From: Candidatus Micrarchaeota archaeon
GTDB lineage: Archaea > Micrarchaeota > Micrarchaeia > Anstonellales > J096
Assembly (NCBI GenBank): GCA_026982895.1
Contig: JALWQW010000003.1
Span: forward strand, 10,063 to 74,062
Direction of reading: 5' to 3'
DNA: 64,000 bases
In this document: positions 9,204 through 19,609 of the stretch, piece by piece
How the letters are laid out: each line of letters starts with the position of its first letter
Position numbering within the stretch: the stretch's first letter is position 1
Notes under the pieces: model-generated
What the model was told of the DNA's origin: nothing
What the model saw: only the letters and a program-made list of their open reading frames with translations
Database searches by the model: none
Program-made: the position numbers and the translations under genes

Positions 9204-10416
9204 ACAGACGGAATCTGAAAAATTATATACATTCAAGCGCACGCTCAAAAAGCTTAGGCAGTTTAGAGGTTCCGGCACTCAATTAGTTTCGGTATATATA
9301 CCTGCTAGCTATCCAATACCAGAGATAGCGGCTAAAATTAGGGAAGAGATGAATCAAGCGCAGAACATAAAGAGCAAGCAGACGAGAAACAATGTTATAG
9401 CAGCATTGGATAGAATCAATAATGCATTAAAGCATTTCAAAAAGACACCTCCTAATGGATTGGTCTTATTTGCCGGCAATATATCTCCAGACCCTTCTAA
9501 AACAGACATACAGACATTCATTCTTGAGCCTCTCTATAAGCTGAACCAAAGCGTGTATCGATGTGATTCCACATTTTTCTTAGAGCCCCTTGAGAGGATG
9601 GTTAAAAGCGACGATGCCTATGGTATCCTGGCTATAGAGGGCAGGGAATCCACCCTCGCTCTCCTCAGAGGGACTGAGATTACTATACTTGAACACATCC
9701 ATAATCCGGCTCATGCTAAGGTTAGAAAGGGAGGACAGTCTGCTAGGCGTTATGAGCGTTTAGTCGAGGAAGCTACAGAGAGGTATTATAAGAAAGTCGG
9801 CGAAGCCATGGATAAGCACTTCTTGAATAAAGTGAAAGGCATTATCATAGGTGGTCCAGGCCCTGTGAAAGAATATTTCGTAAAGACAAAGCCTTTCAAC
9901 TATCAGCATAAAATCTTGGGCGTCGTTGATACAGGCTATGCGGATGAGCATGGCATTCATGAGATAATCGAGAAGGCAGATGAGATTTTGCAGCAGCATG
10001 AAGCAATAAAAGAAAAGAATCTCGTGCAGCGTTTCATAAAAGAAGTGGTTAAGGGAGGAAAAGCAATATATGGTTATAAAGATGTTGTTGAGGCCATAAA
10101 GAGCGGTAGAGCAGAGCTTGTCTTGGTTTCGGATGAGATTCCATTACAGTATTTCAAGTTTAAGTGCCCTAATGATGGAACTGAAAAAGAGCTCATCGTT
10201 AAGCCCGATGAGGTAGATAAGATTAGATTGAAGCCTTTGCAGTGCCCCAAATGTAACGCTGCCATGGAGATTGAAGAAGATGATGATATAACAGACCATA
10301 TTATAAGCATAGCCGAGGAGCACAATATCCCTGTAGAAGTTATAAGCAAAACAAGCGCTGAAGGTATGCAATTCTTTAAGGGCTTTTATGGTCTTGGCGC
10401 GTTTTTAAAGTATTAA
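9196..10416 (+). CDS. prf1: Peptide chain release factor aRF1
   Basis: NIKS, YRCDS.F and GGQSARR motifs; C-terminal CxxD...CPKC mini-domain; GLGAFLKY end. Confidence 0.96.
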   Translation: MTEQTESEKLYTFKRTLKKLRQFRGSGTQLVSVYIPASYPIPEIAAKIREEMNQAQNIKSKQTRNNVIAALDRINNALKHFKKTPPNGLVLFAGNISPDPSKTDIQTFILEPLYKLNQSVYRCDSTFFLEPLERMVKSDDAYGILAIEGRESTLALLRGTEITILEHIHNPAHAKVRKGGQSARRYERLVEEATERYYKKVGEAMDKHFLNKVKGIIIGGPGPVKEYFVKTKPFNYQHKILGVVDTGYADEHGIHEIIEKADEILQQHEAIKEKNLVQRFIKEVVKGGKAIYGYKDVVEAIKSGRAELVLVSDEIPLQYFKFKCPNDGTEKELIVKPDEVDKIRLKPLQCPKCNAAMEIEEDDDITDHIISIAEEHNIPVEVISKTSAEGMQFFKGFYGLGAFLKY

Positions 10417-10590
10417 TTACTAGGATATTTTATATTTTCACAAATATCTCGAGTTAATACAAATAGTTCTGCTTCAAATTATCTCAGACCAAAGACAAAA
10501 GTTTATCATACATCTACTTTATATGAAGTTCTCAACCAAGAAACAAAAAGTGATGAAGAAAAGACAACCGTAGCTAAAAAGTGAGCGTGC

Positions 10591-11460
10591 TTATTTGAGT
10601 TTAGGCCAATTATTCTTCACTATTGTTTTGAACTTTAAGTATGTGCTGTAAAATCCTTTTTTATCTATGATACTCACTTCAAATTCACCATTTTCCATTC
10701 TTTTTATATCCAATCCACACGAAAGTAGAAATCCCCTGGTCAATTTGTAAAATTTATCCCATTTTTTCGGGTCTTTCATTTCTGATTCTAAACTCTCTGC
10801 AGTCGCGTCCTCTAATGCAGATGTTATTTTATTAAAAGCCATCTTTCTAGCCCACATATGAACATTGTCAAATTGAAGAAGTCTAAATTGAGCCAAAATT
10901 AATAAACTGCTAACTAAACCTTTTACCCGTATCCACTCCTTTTCTACTAATCCTCCTTTTTTAGCCTTTAACTTATCGAAGCTCTTTATGTTTAACATAT
11001 CGCCTTTTTCTACATATCCTATGATGTAAGCTTCCTTTTCTAAAAATGACCAAATCTTTGGAATATCCTGTAGTGTTAATGGCCTCAATCTTCTGGAAAA
11101 TTCTCTTTCAGCAAACTCATTGTATGCCCTTATATATGACAGGTATGCATAAGGGCTCTCATCAAAGCTTGGCATATATTTTGGATTCTTTAGTTTATCA
11201 GCGGCCTTAATCAAATAATTAAGTTCTTCATACGCTTTTTTTATTTCTTCTCTCTTAGCAGGCTTTCCATCCATCATACCTCTAAGCGTATCTCTCCTAT
11301 TAATCACAGTCTCCAGAATGCTATTAATTGTATCCATATCTACTTTCTTAACAGCAAGTGGCTTCTCTTTTGGAGGTTTTGCTTTATTTCCTTTTTCCGC
11401 CAATATTAAACCTGTAGCGGCTATTGTTGCAATTGTGCCCGCAACCAATTTTTTGCCCAT
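10591..11460 (-). CDS. Hypothetical protein with N-terminal signal or anchor
   Basis: 289-aa ORF starting MGKK plus a hydrophobic stretch; no recognised family. Confidence 0.6.
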   Translation of the reverse strand: MGKKLVAGTIATIAATGLILAEKGNKAKPPKEKPLAVKKVDMDTINSILETVINRRDTLRGMMDGKPAKREEIKKAYEELNYLIKAADKLKNPKYMPSFDESPYAYLSYIRAYNEFAEREFSRRLRPLTLQDIPKIWSFLEKEAYIIGYVEKGDMLNIKSFDKLKAKKGGLVEKEWIRVKGLVSSLLILAQFRLLQFDNVHMWARKMAFNKITSALEDATAESLESEMKDPKKWDKFYKLTRGFLLSCGLDIKRMENGEFEVSIIDKKGFYSTYLKFKTIVKNNWPKLK

Positions 11461-11511
11461 ACTCTATTATGTACTTCTTACTTTATAAAAACTTCTCTTG
11501 AGCTAATACGC

Positions 11512-12051
11512 TCAATTTGTCTTTATGCTGCACATACCTTCCTTGTAGTTATTATCGACATTTACATCCAGTAGCCTCTCATAACTTTGGCTAGCTGAGG
11601 AGTTGCCTTCATGCACATAAATTATGTAGCAGTCGTGCGTTTTCAAGTAATTTAAACACTTTCCTTTGTCCCATTCTATTTTTTCTCCTTTTGAACATGG
11701 CAGTGATTGGCAGTTGTCCATAAGGTTTCCTTCGCATTTATCGCCGTTGAATGCCAAGAAGTTTACAACCTTCTTGGGAAAACTTCTAAGGGCTGTCTGA
11801 TAATATTCTAAACTACAATCCATCACAGGCTTTGCTAATTCTGTATTGTTGGGATTTTCTAGGACAATGCATAGGGGTTTATTCAATATATTGCTGTTCA
11901 TATCTGCAATTCCTATGCTCTGTCCTCTTAACGCTTCTAAACTTGTATTGCTTTGAGGTGTAGAGTAATACAACAATATGCCAAGGGCTATCGCTAATAA
12001 AATAATTCCGAGTATCCATTTTGTGCTCTTATCTATTTCTTGATTAGGCAT
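11512..12051 (-). CDS. Membrane-anchored Cys-rich extracellular protein
   Basis: N-terminal TM, many Cys and N-x-S/T sequons; overlaps the upstream gene. Confidence 0.7.
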   Translation of the reverse strand: MPNQEIDKSTKWILGIILLAIALGILLYYSTPQSNTSLEALRGQSIGIADMNSNILNKPLCIVLENPNNTELAKPVMDCSLEYYQTALRSFPKKVVNFLAFNGDKCEGNLMDNCQSLPCSKGEKIEWDKGKCLNYLKTHDCYIIYVHEGNSSASQSYERLLDVNVDNNYKEGMCSIKTN

Positions 12052-14110
12052 ATTTAAACACCTCCGCTATATAACATTCATCATAAGCATATTTTGGAAG
12101 TTCAACTCTTAGGATGTTCTCACCTAAATAAGAACCGCTTATTTCACTTTTATCTGCGAAGTTTGCCATTATAACAGGCTCGCCGTTGAATCTATCACAG
12201 GCTGCCGCAGCTTGGCTTTTTCCATTAACCTTACATGTATCATCATAGCTTTCTATAAGTGTAACATTCTTCCCGTCTTTCTTGAGCTCATCTTTAACCT
12301 TCTCCAAACAACTGACGATGCTGCTGTCACTCTTAGCTATCAATAGGACAGAATTGCTATTCTTTATTGCCTTTGAGAAATCTTGTATTGTTGCACCGTA
12401 CAATCCTTTATCAAAGGCGAAGAATGACGCGCCTGTAAAGAATATGAACACTGTAAACGCTCCTATCAATATAATCATGAAGAAGAAAATGCGCTTGCTC
12501 TTTTTTATCCTCTTGGCCTTTTTCTCCTTTCTGTAAAACATGGGCACGCTTATCCATACCACGACGGCTGCCATCGATGTTCCAACTATTAGGGAGTAGA
12601 TGATTGGCGTGCTCTCTAAGAATTGTTCCCTTAAGCTTAGTGATTTAGGTAGATACGGTTTTGTTATTGTATATAGGCTGTTGAAATATGTCTGAAGGCT
12701 GCCTAAAAATGTATTTACAAGGGAGCGCTTTTCTCCGCTGGCGGCGTTGAATAACTCTGTTGTTATATTTTCGTAACGGTTGTAAAATAGCACTAATCTG
12801 GTGGCATCTATTTTTCCAGATGTTTCCTTCGATAGGCTTTCGTGTTCAGCTTTGATTCTTTCCCTTTCTAAGGGATCAGATATTTTGTTGTACAATGAGA
12901 GGTACATTATCTCAAAGTGCCTCTTAGATTCGTCAAGTTTGTCAAGCAGCGTTTCATAATTCTTTGTTGCATTAGAAATAGCGTATATTGTGTTCTCCAG
13001 AGTTTTTATCTTCACCTCTATATATGTAAAGTTGTTGTTTTCTATCTTATCCTTTATTTCATCTTCAAGGGGCTCTATAGAATAAACCTTTTTTCTTAAT
13101 TTATTATCATTTATTTCATCCAAAACTTTTATTGCGCGACTCTTTAGGCTGTTCCATCCTTTCAGCGTGCTGTTAAGTTCGCTGGTGTATTGCGTTCTTA
13201 ACTCATAATTGTGCCTAGATTCTATGCGCGTCTCAGTTGAGTTGTAAAGCTCGTCGAGCACATCCCTAAATTCGTAGAGAGGTTCTGTCGCCTTTGCCCA
13301 TTTGTCTGCTGTGTTTTTTAAGTTATTCAAGGCGGTTTCATTAACGATAAGTTCGGCGCACACACCGTAACAATCAGGGCAGTCTGCTAGATTTGTTGGG
13401 AATCTAAATTTGTTACTGTCTATGGCATCAACATCATCTTTTATTTTGTCAACAGCGTCGCTTATATCTTCAAATTTTAGGCTCATAATGGCCAAATCTT
13501 CCCCATCTTTCAAATAATTAATGGACTCTTCGATAGTGCTTAATTGCGTATCTATATCATAACTGTGTGTGAAAAAGCTTTCAACATCAGGAAGTATATC
13601 CGTGTAATCAGTACATCCTATGTCTGGGCCGAAATTGGAACAGATATAGCGTGAATAAAACTCGTATATGCTCGAATACATAGAGGGGTTGCTTGGCTCG
13701 CCTAGGTTCTCGCCAAGGGATTTTCTACACGCTTCTTCTTCTGTTCCTGGAAATTGATCCCCATTGTTTCTACTCTCATTAAAAGCAGCAGCCCACGCCT
13801 CCATCTCGTTGGCTATTTCATTAATATCGCTGGGCGCGTATTTTTTTAGGTAATATTGCCATAATATATCTTTCATTTCGGATTTACTCTCTACAATCTC
13901 ACTGTTATTTCCTTTAACCAACAGGGCGGGCTCTCCTTTGACATAGACTAAACTGTAATTTGTTGAGACATTTGTGAGGTTGAGCGGCACAATATTTACT
14001 ACTGCATTTTCTTCTCCTGGAAGAAGATAATAACTAGCATTATCCAAAACTTCAGCGAATGTCAAGCTGGCTACCAATATCAAAAATAAACCTAGGCTCC
14101 AATACTTCAT
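12044..14110 (-). CDS. Large secreted or membrane protein with helical ectodomain, 2 TM and Cys-containing C-terminal domain
   Basis: Signal peptide, Cys clusters (CPDCYGVC), many N-glycosylation sequons, two TMs flanking a Lys-rich loop. Confidence 0.72.
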   Translation of the reverse strand: MKYWSLGLFLILVASLTFAEVLDNASYYLLPGEENAVVNIVPLNLTNVSTNYSLVYVKGEPALLVKGNNSEIVESKSEMKDILWQYYLKKYAPSDINEIANEMEAWAAAFNESRNNGDQFPGTEEEACRKSLGENLGEPSNPSMYSSIYEFYSRYICSNFGPDIGCTDYTDILPDVESFFTHSYDIDTQLSTIEESINYLKDGEDLAIMSLKFEDISDAVDKIKDDVDAIDSNKFRFPTNLADCPDCYGVCAELIVNETALNNLKNTADKWAKATEPLYEFRDVLDELYNSTETRIESRHNYELRTQYTSELNSTLKGWNSLKSRAIKVLDEINDNKLRKKVYSIEPLEDEIKDKIENNNFTYIEVKIKTLENTIYAISNATKNYETLLDKLDESKRHFEIMYLSLYNKISDPLERERIKAEHESLSKETSGKIDATRLVLFYNRYENITTELFNAASGEKRSLVNTFLGSLQTYFNSLYTITKPYLPKSLSLREQFLESTPIIYSLIVGTSMAAVVVWISVPMFYRKEKKAKRIKKSKRIFFFMIILIGAFTVFIFFTGASFFAFDKGLYGATIQDFSKAIKNSNSVLLIAKSDSSIVSCLEKVKDELKKDGKNVTLIESYDDTCKVNGKSQAAAACDRFNGEPVIMANFADKSEISGSYLGENILRVELPKYAYDECYIAEVFKYA

Positions 14111-14171
14111 ACTCGCTTTTTAAAGGCTAACATATTTAAAGGTTTTCAACCGCTTCTCGCTTCCATTTCTA

Positions 14172-15134
14172 TCATGCTTCTCTATTTATAAACATGTGGA
14201 CTACTTCTAGTATGCTCTCAGCAGCGTCGTTTTGTGGCAGTTCCTCTTTAAGTGCAGGCAAGTATTTCTCTATCAGCGTGCTAGCTTCTTTTTTGGCAAA
14301 GTCAATAGCTCCGCTTTCTTTTATTAGCTCTATTGCTTCTCTTATTTCTTCTTCTTTTTCTGTGTGCTTTTTAAGTATGGCTTTCAATGCCTTTGCTTTT
14401 TCTTCTGGCAGGTTCTTCAAAGCGTATAAAACCATGAGGGTTCTTTTTCCCTCTGTGATATCATCACCAATCTTCTTCTTGTATTTTTCAAAGTCGCCTG
14501 TTATATTGAGAAGGTCATCTTGAATCTGAAATGCTACTCCTAACATCGTCATGGCATTGTATATCTTAGCGTACTTCTCTTTGTCTACATTATAAAATGG
14601 TAGGGCAGTTGATAATGCTAAGAGAACCCCTGTCTTATTTTTGGTTATTTCATAATACTCTTCATAAGCCAAATCAAAGCGTTCTTCGTGGATAGCTGAA
14701 AGCTCTAAATGTTGTCCTTTAACGACGCCCATAAATGTTCTTTCTATTTCGTTTAGTTCGCCTTTACTTAGGCTGGAATTTATAAGCTGCCTCCATACAA
14801 CTGTATACATAGCATCTCCTAGGTTTATAGCCACGGGCTCTCCGTAAAGAATGTGTAAAGTAGGTTTTCCTCTTCTATATAATGACGCATCCTCTATATC
14901 ATCGTGGACTAATGTGAAGTTGTGAAAAACCTCTATAGCCAACGCTACATCCTCGAATTCTTTTCTATCTCTTCCAGCAGATTCACTTGCCAATAGCAAT
15001 AAGACGGGCCTAACCCTCTTTCCTCCTCTATTCACATACTCTCTTATTGGGTCTATCATCTCTTCTGGCAGATCTTTTATAGCCTCTTCGACATGTTCAT
15101 CAACCCATTCCTTTAATGAAGATATCTTGCTCAT
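14172..15134 (-). CDS. idsA: Polyprenyl (geranylgeranyl) diphosphate synthase
   Basis: GGKRVRP, first Asp-rich motif HDDIED..RRG, KT, FQIQDD, DDITEGK. Confidence 0.92.
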   Translation of the reverse strand: MSKISSLKEWVDEHVEEAIKDLPEEMIDPIREYVNRGGKRVRPVLLLLASESAGRDRKEFEDVALAIEVFHNFTLVHDDIEDASLYRRGKPTLHILYGEPVAINLGDAMYTVVWRQLINSSLSKGELNEIERTFMGVVKGQHLELSAIHEERFDLAYEEYYEITKNKTGVLLALSTALPFYNVDKEKYAKIYNAMTMLGVAFQIQDDLLNITGDFEKYKKKIGDDITEGKRTLMVLYALKNLPEEKAKALKAILKKHTEKEEEIREAIELIKESGAIDFAKKEASTLIEKYLPALKEELPQNDAAESILEVVHMFINREA

Positions 15135-15181
15135 GCCAAAGATTAGTCTTAAATCTTTAAAAAGCCTTCATATTGGACGCT

Positions 15182-18100
15182 TCATATTGGCAGGACATTG
15201 AAGTGGCTACTGTGTAATATGGCCTCAACATCTAATTCTTTTTCTATGTCGTCGTGCGAATATTCGTAATTTCCTGTATTCACCGCGTCGTCGAATCCGT
15301 ATCTGCCTATAAGTGTCATTTCAACGCAATCTTTATCACTCTTGTCTTCGTTCAAATAAACGCACACAAAGGCATGGTCGCTTTCCAATATTATTTTTGG
15401 GTAAATACCTGCAGACATTAGTGCAGTTGCATATACCAAGCTTCCATCGATGCAATTAGCTCCGTTTGCTTCTAAACTTTGGCTTGGAGTATAAACCCTT
15501 TGTACTCCTTCCATGCCACTTTCAGTTGTGCTTACATAATGCATTCCTTCATCATTCAGTTCGTCGTATATAGCTTTCATCTGTAATCGTGTGCTCTCTT
15601 CTTCTGTACAACTGCTCCTTCCGTCGTCGCCACATCCACTGGAATATGTACCATAGCCTATAAACGCTCTACTGGGCAGCCTATTAGCCGCTGCTGAAAC
15701 TAAATTATGGACTTCCTGCGATCCTGTTGTTACCCACGCCACTATCGCGTTATAGTATCGCGAATCCCATTTCATTGAATTGGCAGGCATAAGTTCAGCA
15801 TCGGCTGTCGCCGCCGCCACAACATTTCCACTATTGTCGAGTATCTTCACGACATATTGGATATCTCTTTTCTCCAAGTTGTTCAGGGCGGCATTATTTA
15901 GGTCGAGGCTTATCTCTTCTGTCCATTTACCGTTAGGTGTTAGAGAGATATCATCAGTATATGTGTAACTGTAATCAGGGATGCTAATCTCCATTCTGCC
16001 ATCAAATCCTTCGCTGCCGGAATTTTCGGCACTTGCTATAACCATCGTTTTTCCGAAATAGTCTGAATTTATAGCGAATGCAGGTATTATTGGATCGCCA
16101 AAGCTTGTGCTGATAATAGTTGCTGTAATTTCGCTTGAGCCCTGAACTACAATGCTTTTACTCGTTTCTAAGTTTCCTGCACTGGCTTCGATTATGTCCA
16201 CGCCTGAGAATGAGCTTGAAGATGTATAGACAACTGAACATTTTCCATCCCCGCCCGTATCGCATGATGAATCTATATCTCCATGATTAGCTGAGAAATA
16301 AACTCTTTTACCTGCAACACCGTTTCCTATTTCATCTTTGATAGTTGCTTCAACAGCGCAAGAATCCCCGCTATTAATTGTACTTGGATTAAGCGTTAGA
16401 TAGATCTCTTTTGGTTCTGGCGGCTTTAATTTAATATCAACACTATCTTTAGCATCGCCAGCCTCACCAACTATTTCCACAGTTTCACTATATTTGCTTT
16501 CTCCTGCTATATATTCAACATAACATCTTCCGTCTTCTGTTGTGCAATGGTCTGTATCCAATTCACCTGGACCTACATAAACTCTAAAATTAACCACTGT
16601 TCCATCATCGACAGGCGATCCACTTATAGTATCTACATCTGCATATATCCTCATCCTGCTACGACCATCTGCTGGTAGTTCATTTGTGTAGCTATCGGTG
16701 TATAATCTTATTTTTCCAGCCGACCGGGATATTTTGAGAGTTATATCTCTATTTAAATTATCTGAGAGTTGATTTATATTCGCACCAGAAACCCCTTTAT
16801 AGTTCTGAAATGCTTTGTTAACATCATCACTACTCACATATATGGAAATGTCTAAATTATCAGGATAATAATTCCACCAAGAATCATCATCTTTATAATA
16901 TACTTCTGATTTGCACAAACCATTATCACCAGTGTGACACACACTTAATGTTAAATCTCCACGTGTGCTCTCAAAATCGACCTCTGTGTTTGGCACGGGC
17001 TTTCCATTGATATCGACGACTTCCACTGTAATAGTCGTTGCTTCTGCGCCACCCTCTACTACATAATCCTTGTCTGTGCTTATTATCAAATTGTAAGGAT
17101 ATGTTCTTTTCATTTTCAATGTTGCTTTACCTTTAACATCCTCAACTTCTCCGTCAATTTCTATTGTGTAATCTTTATTTCCGTTGTATGCAGGCCTAAA
17201 TGTAACGCTGCATGCCCCATTTTTAGTCGTGCATGTGGTTGAATTGAATGAGCCTTCTCCATTTGCATGGAACCTGACAACCACACCGTTGTGCACTTTA
17301 TGCCCATGACTCTCAACATGGGCATTAATTGTTATAGACTTATTAGCTGTAGCTAACATGCTGGATGGGCTTAAATCAAGGCGTATATCTGTGACTTCTT
17401 CGCTTATGCTTATATCTATGCTTTTGCTTTTATTCCCTATTGTAATATCTATCTTATCAGATCCAAAGTGGTTATTTTCAGGGATATAATAAACTTTACA
17501 CTCATATTTTTCTTCAGTAAGACATAATGTTGCATTGCCATCATTTTCTAGCTTTCCTTCAACAGCTTCGAATTTACCATGTGTCGCTTTTAATCTTACT
17601 TTCTGATAATTAATTGCCACGTTGTCCTCATTTAATGGTATTATTGTTATCGTCGTATTCTTGTCAACATACTTTGTTAGATTACTTTTCCCCACCTTTA
17701 TTTTAAAATCATTGGCAGTTAACGGCCTAACATAAAAACTTACACTTTTATTTACTTCATCCACCTCCCATTCCTCTCTATTGGGGTTTATTACTGTTAT
17801 ACTTACACTCGTGTTTCCTGATTTTTTACCCACTTTATATTTAAGAGTGCATTCTGGCGGTTTAAATGTACAACTTTTTGGACTAATTTCCCCACTACCT
17901 TCTTTTATTTTAGCCCTTATCCAATAACCTGCAGGAAGATTTTCGTCTCTCCTATTTTTTAATTTAATATGCATCTCTAGCTCATCTTTTCCATTTGCAT
18001 ATAATGTTTTATTTTCCACATCAACCAGTACTTTATCCAAATTAGGGTACAATAAAGATATTTTTTTGTGGATGGTTTTTTTACCCATGCTTGTTTGAAT

Positions 18101-18481
18101 AGTTATATTTATCTCGTCGCCTTTGTTCAAGTCATTCTTAGGAGGTATATACTCTACATAACACTTCCCCTTGCTTTTACAATAAGCCTTTTTCAGTATA
18201 CCTCTTTTGGCGCTTGCGCTTATCTTTATTCCTTCTACTCCCCCACCAAAGGCGTTTCTAACATGTATCTCCATCTTTTTAAGATTGCCATCTGCAATAG
18301 TTATCAAGTCATTGCTCTTATATAATTTTAAGAGACTTCTATTTAGATTATTCATACCTTCAGGGCCATATGTTTTTACCTCTTTAATGCTTTGCGACAG
18401 CGCACTAAACACAAAAACCGCAGCCGCTACACTGACAATTCCTAACCCGAAAATAATGTAGAGTAATTTTTCGCCCTCCAC
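15182..18481 (-). CDS. Surface protein with invasin/intimin-like Ig repeats and C-terminal transglutaminase-like domain
   Basis: N-terminal TM; repeated units such as LPADG.S...V.D..G.PV..T.V.F...G.L...C.T..G.C.V.Y; C-terminal NCIDG...HAFV...VEMT. Confidence 0.75.
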   Translation of the reverse strand: MEGEKLLYIIFGLGIVSVAAAVFVFSALSQSIKEVKTYGPEGMNNLNRSLLKLYKSNDLITIADGNLKKMEIHVRNAFGGGVEGIKISASAKRGILKKAYCKSKGKCYVEYIPPKNDLNKGDEINITIQTSMGKKTIHKKISLLYPNLDKVLVDVENKTLYANGKDELEMHIKLKNRRDENLPAGYWIRAKIKEGSGEISPKSCTFKPPECTLKYKVGKKSGNTSVSITVINPNREEWEVDEVNKSVSFYVRPLTANDFKIKVGKSNLTKYVDKNTTITIIPLNEDNVAINYQKVRLKATHGKFEAVEGKLENDGNATLCLTEEKYECKVYYIPENNHFGSDKIDITIGNKSKSIDISISEEVTDIRLDLSPSSMLATANKSITINAHVESHGHKVHNGVVVRFHANGEGSFNSTTCTTKNGACSVTFRPAYNGNKDYTIEIDGEVEDVKGKATLKMKRTYPYNLIISTDKDYVVEGGAEATTITVEVVDINGKPVPNTEVDFESTRGDLTLSVCHTGDNGLCKSEVYYKDDDSWWNYYPDNLDISIYVSSDDVNKAFQNYKGVSGANINQLSDNLNRDITLKISRSAGKIRLYTDSYTNELPADGRSRMRIYADVDTISGSPVDDGTVVNFRVYVGPGELDTDHCTTEDGRCYVEYIAGESKYSETVEIVGEAGDAKDSVDIKLKPPEPKEIYLTLNPSTINSGDSCAVEATIKDEIGNGVAGKRVYFSANHGDIDSSCDTGGDGKCSVVYTSSSSFSGVDIIEASAGNLETSKSIVVQGSSEITATIISTSFGDPIIPAFAINSDYFGKTMVIASAENSGSEGFDGRMEISIPDYSYTYTDDISLTPNGKWTEEISLDLNNAALNNLEKRDIQYVVKILDNSGNVVAAATADAELMPANSMKWDSRYYNAIVAWVTTGSQEVHNLVSAAANRLPSRAFIGYGTYSSGCGDDGRSSCTEEESTRLQMKAIYDELNDEGMHYVSTTESGMEGVQRVYTPSQSLEANGANCIDGSLVYATALMSAGIYPKIILESDHAFVCVYLNEDKSDKDCVEMTLIGRYGFDDAVNTGNYEYSHDDIEKELDVEAILHSSHFNVLPI

Positions 18482-18516
18482 CTATTATTATGAAGCATAA
18501 CTTTTAAATGTTATTC

Positions 18517-19587
18517 TTACAACCTCAAAAACTCCTCGTAGAGCTCGCGCAACTTTCCTTTTAACAAAACAAGGTCTCGAGCATCTGCTTTGAATTTTTT
18601 TACATCGTTGAATCCCGTTAAGAACATCACACCCTTTAATTGTTCAATCCACTTGTCGATAAGCTCTGCCACACTTTTTTCTCCACCACTTTTTGTGTAT
18701 GCTTCCAAGAAGGGCTTTGCTGCTCCAAACATCTCGGCGCCTAAGGCAAGAGCCTTTGCACCTTCTATGCCAGAGCGAATGCCGCCGCTAGCTATATAAT
18801 GACCATCAGGATAATCATGCTTTGCCATTAAGAGGGCGAGGGCCGTTGGAATACCCCATTCTTCAAAGCCTTCTATGCTGCCGCCCCTCATATACTCTAT
18901 TCTGCTCCAGCTTGTTCCTCCTGCTCCTGCTATGTCAAAATATGTGCTTATCTTCTCCAATTTTAAGATTGTTTTAGGGGATAATCCACTTCCAACTTCC
19001 TTAAAGATGATTGGTACAGGAATTCTATCGGCGTGTTTTTCTATTGCTGCTAAGACACCCTCCCAGTTTTTATCTCCTTCTGGCTGGATTAGCTCTTGAA
19101 GGGGGTTGAGATGGATGGCTAAAGCGTCTAATTCCGTTTTACTTATCATCTCCTCTATTTTCTCAGGAGGATACTCCTTCAATTGATAGGCTCCTATATT
19201 GCCTATTAAAAAGACATCGGGCACCTCTTTTTTGACGGCGTATGTCTCCGATAGCTCGGGTTTTTCTATCATGGCCCTTTGAGAGCCCAAACCCAAACCA
19301 ATTCCCTTATCGGCTGCTGCTGAGGCTAAGCCAATATTAATCTCTTTAGCAGCTTTATAACCGCCGGTCATCGCCTCTATTATCAGTGGCGCCTTAAACT
19401 CATAGCCCATAAACATAGTTTTCGTGCTTATGCTCTCGAAATCTACTTCTGGCAGTGCATTGTGGATGAGAAAAACATCTTCAAATAATGTGCTCTTATC
19501 ATAGTTCGCTTCGTCCTTCAACGCTCTTGCAATATGTTCAGCCTTTCTTTTCTCAGTGGCGTTTTCGCCATCAGTTTTATTGGCCAT
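18517..19587 (-). CDS. fni: Type 2 isopentenyl-diphosphate isomerase (FMN-dependent)
   Basis: RKAEHI, AMTGG, GSQR, HLNPLQE..QPEGD, KEVG.G, GAGGTSW, ASGGIR. Confidence 0.96.
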   Translation of the reverse strand: MANKTDGENATEKRKAEHIARALKDEANYDKSTLFEDVFLIHNALPEVDFESISTKTMFMGYEFKAPLIIEAMTGGYKAAKEINIGLASAAADKGIGLGLGSQRAMIEKPELSETYAVKKEVPDVFLIGNIGAYQLKEYPPEKIEEMISKTELDALAIHLNPLQELIQPEGDKNWEGVLAAIEKHADRIPVPIIFKEVGSGLSPKTILKLEKISTYFDIAGAGGTSWSRIEYMRGGSIEGFEEWGIPTALALLMAKHDYPDGHYIASGGIRSGIEGAKALALGAEMFGAAKPFLEAYTKSGGEKSVAELIDKWIEQLKGVMFLTGFNDVKKFKADARDLVLLKGKLRELYEEFLRL

Positions 19588-19609
19588 GCTCTTTTTTTAG
19601 GAGAAACCT

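Noticed and set aside
10417..10590. Possible small gene or ncRNA between aRF1 and the convergent orphan
   Set aside because: AT-rich, with no convincing ORF or stable structure.
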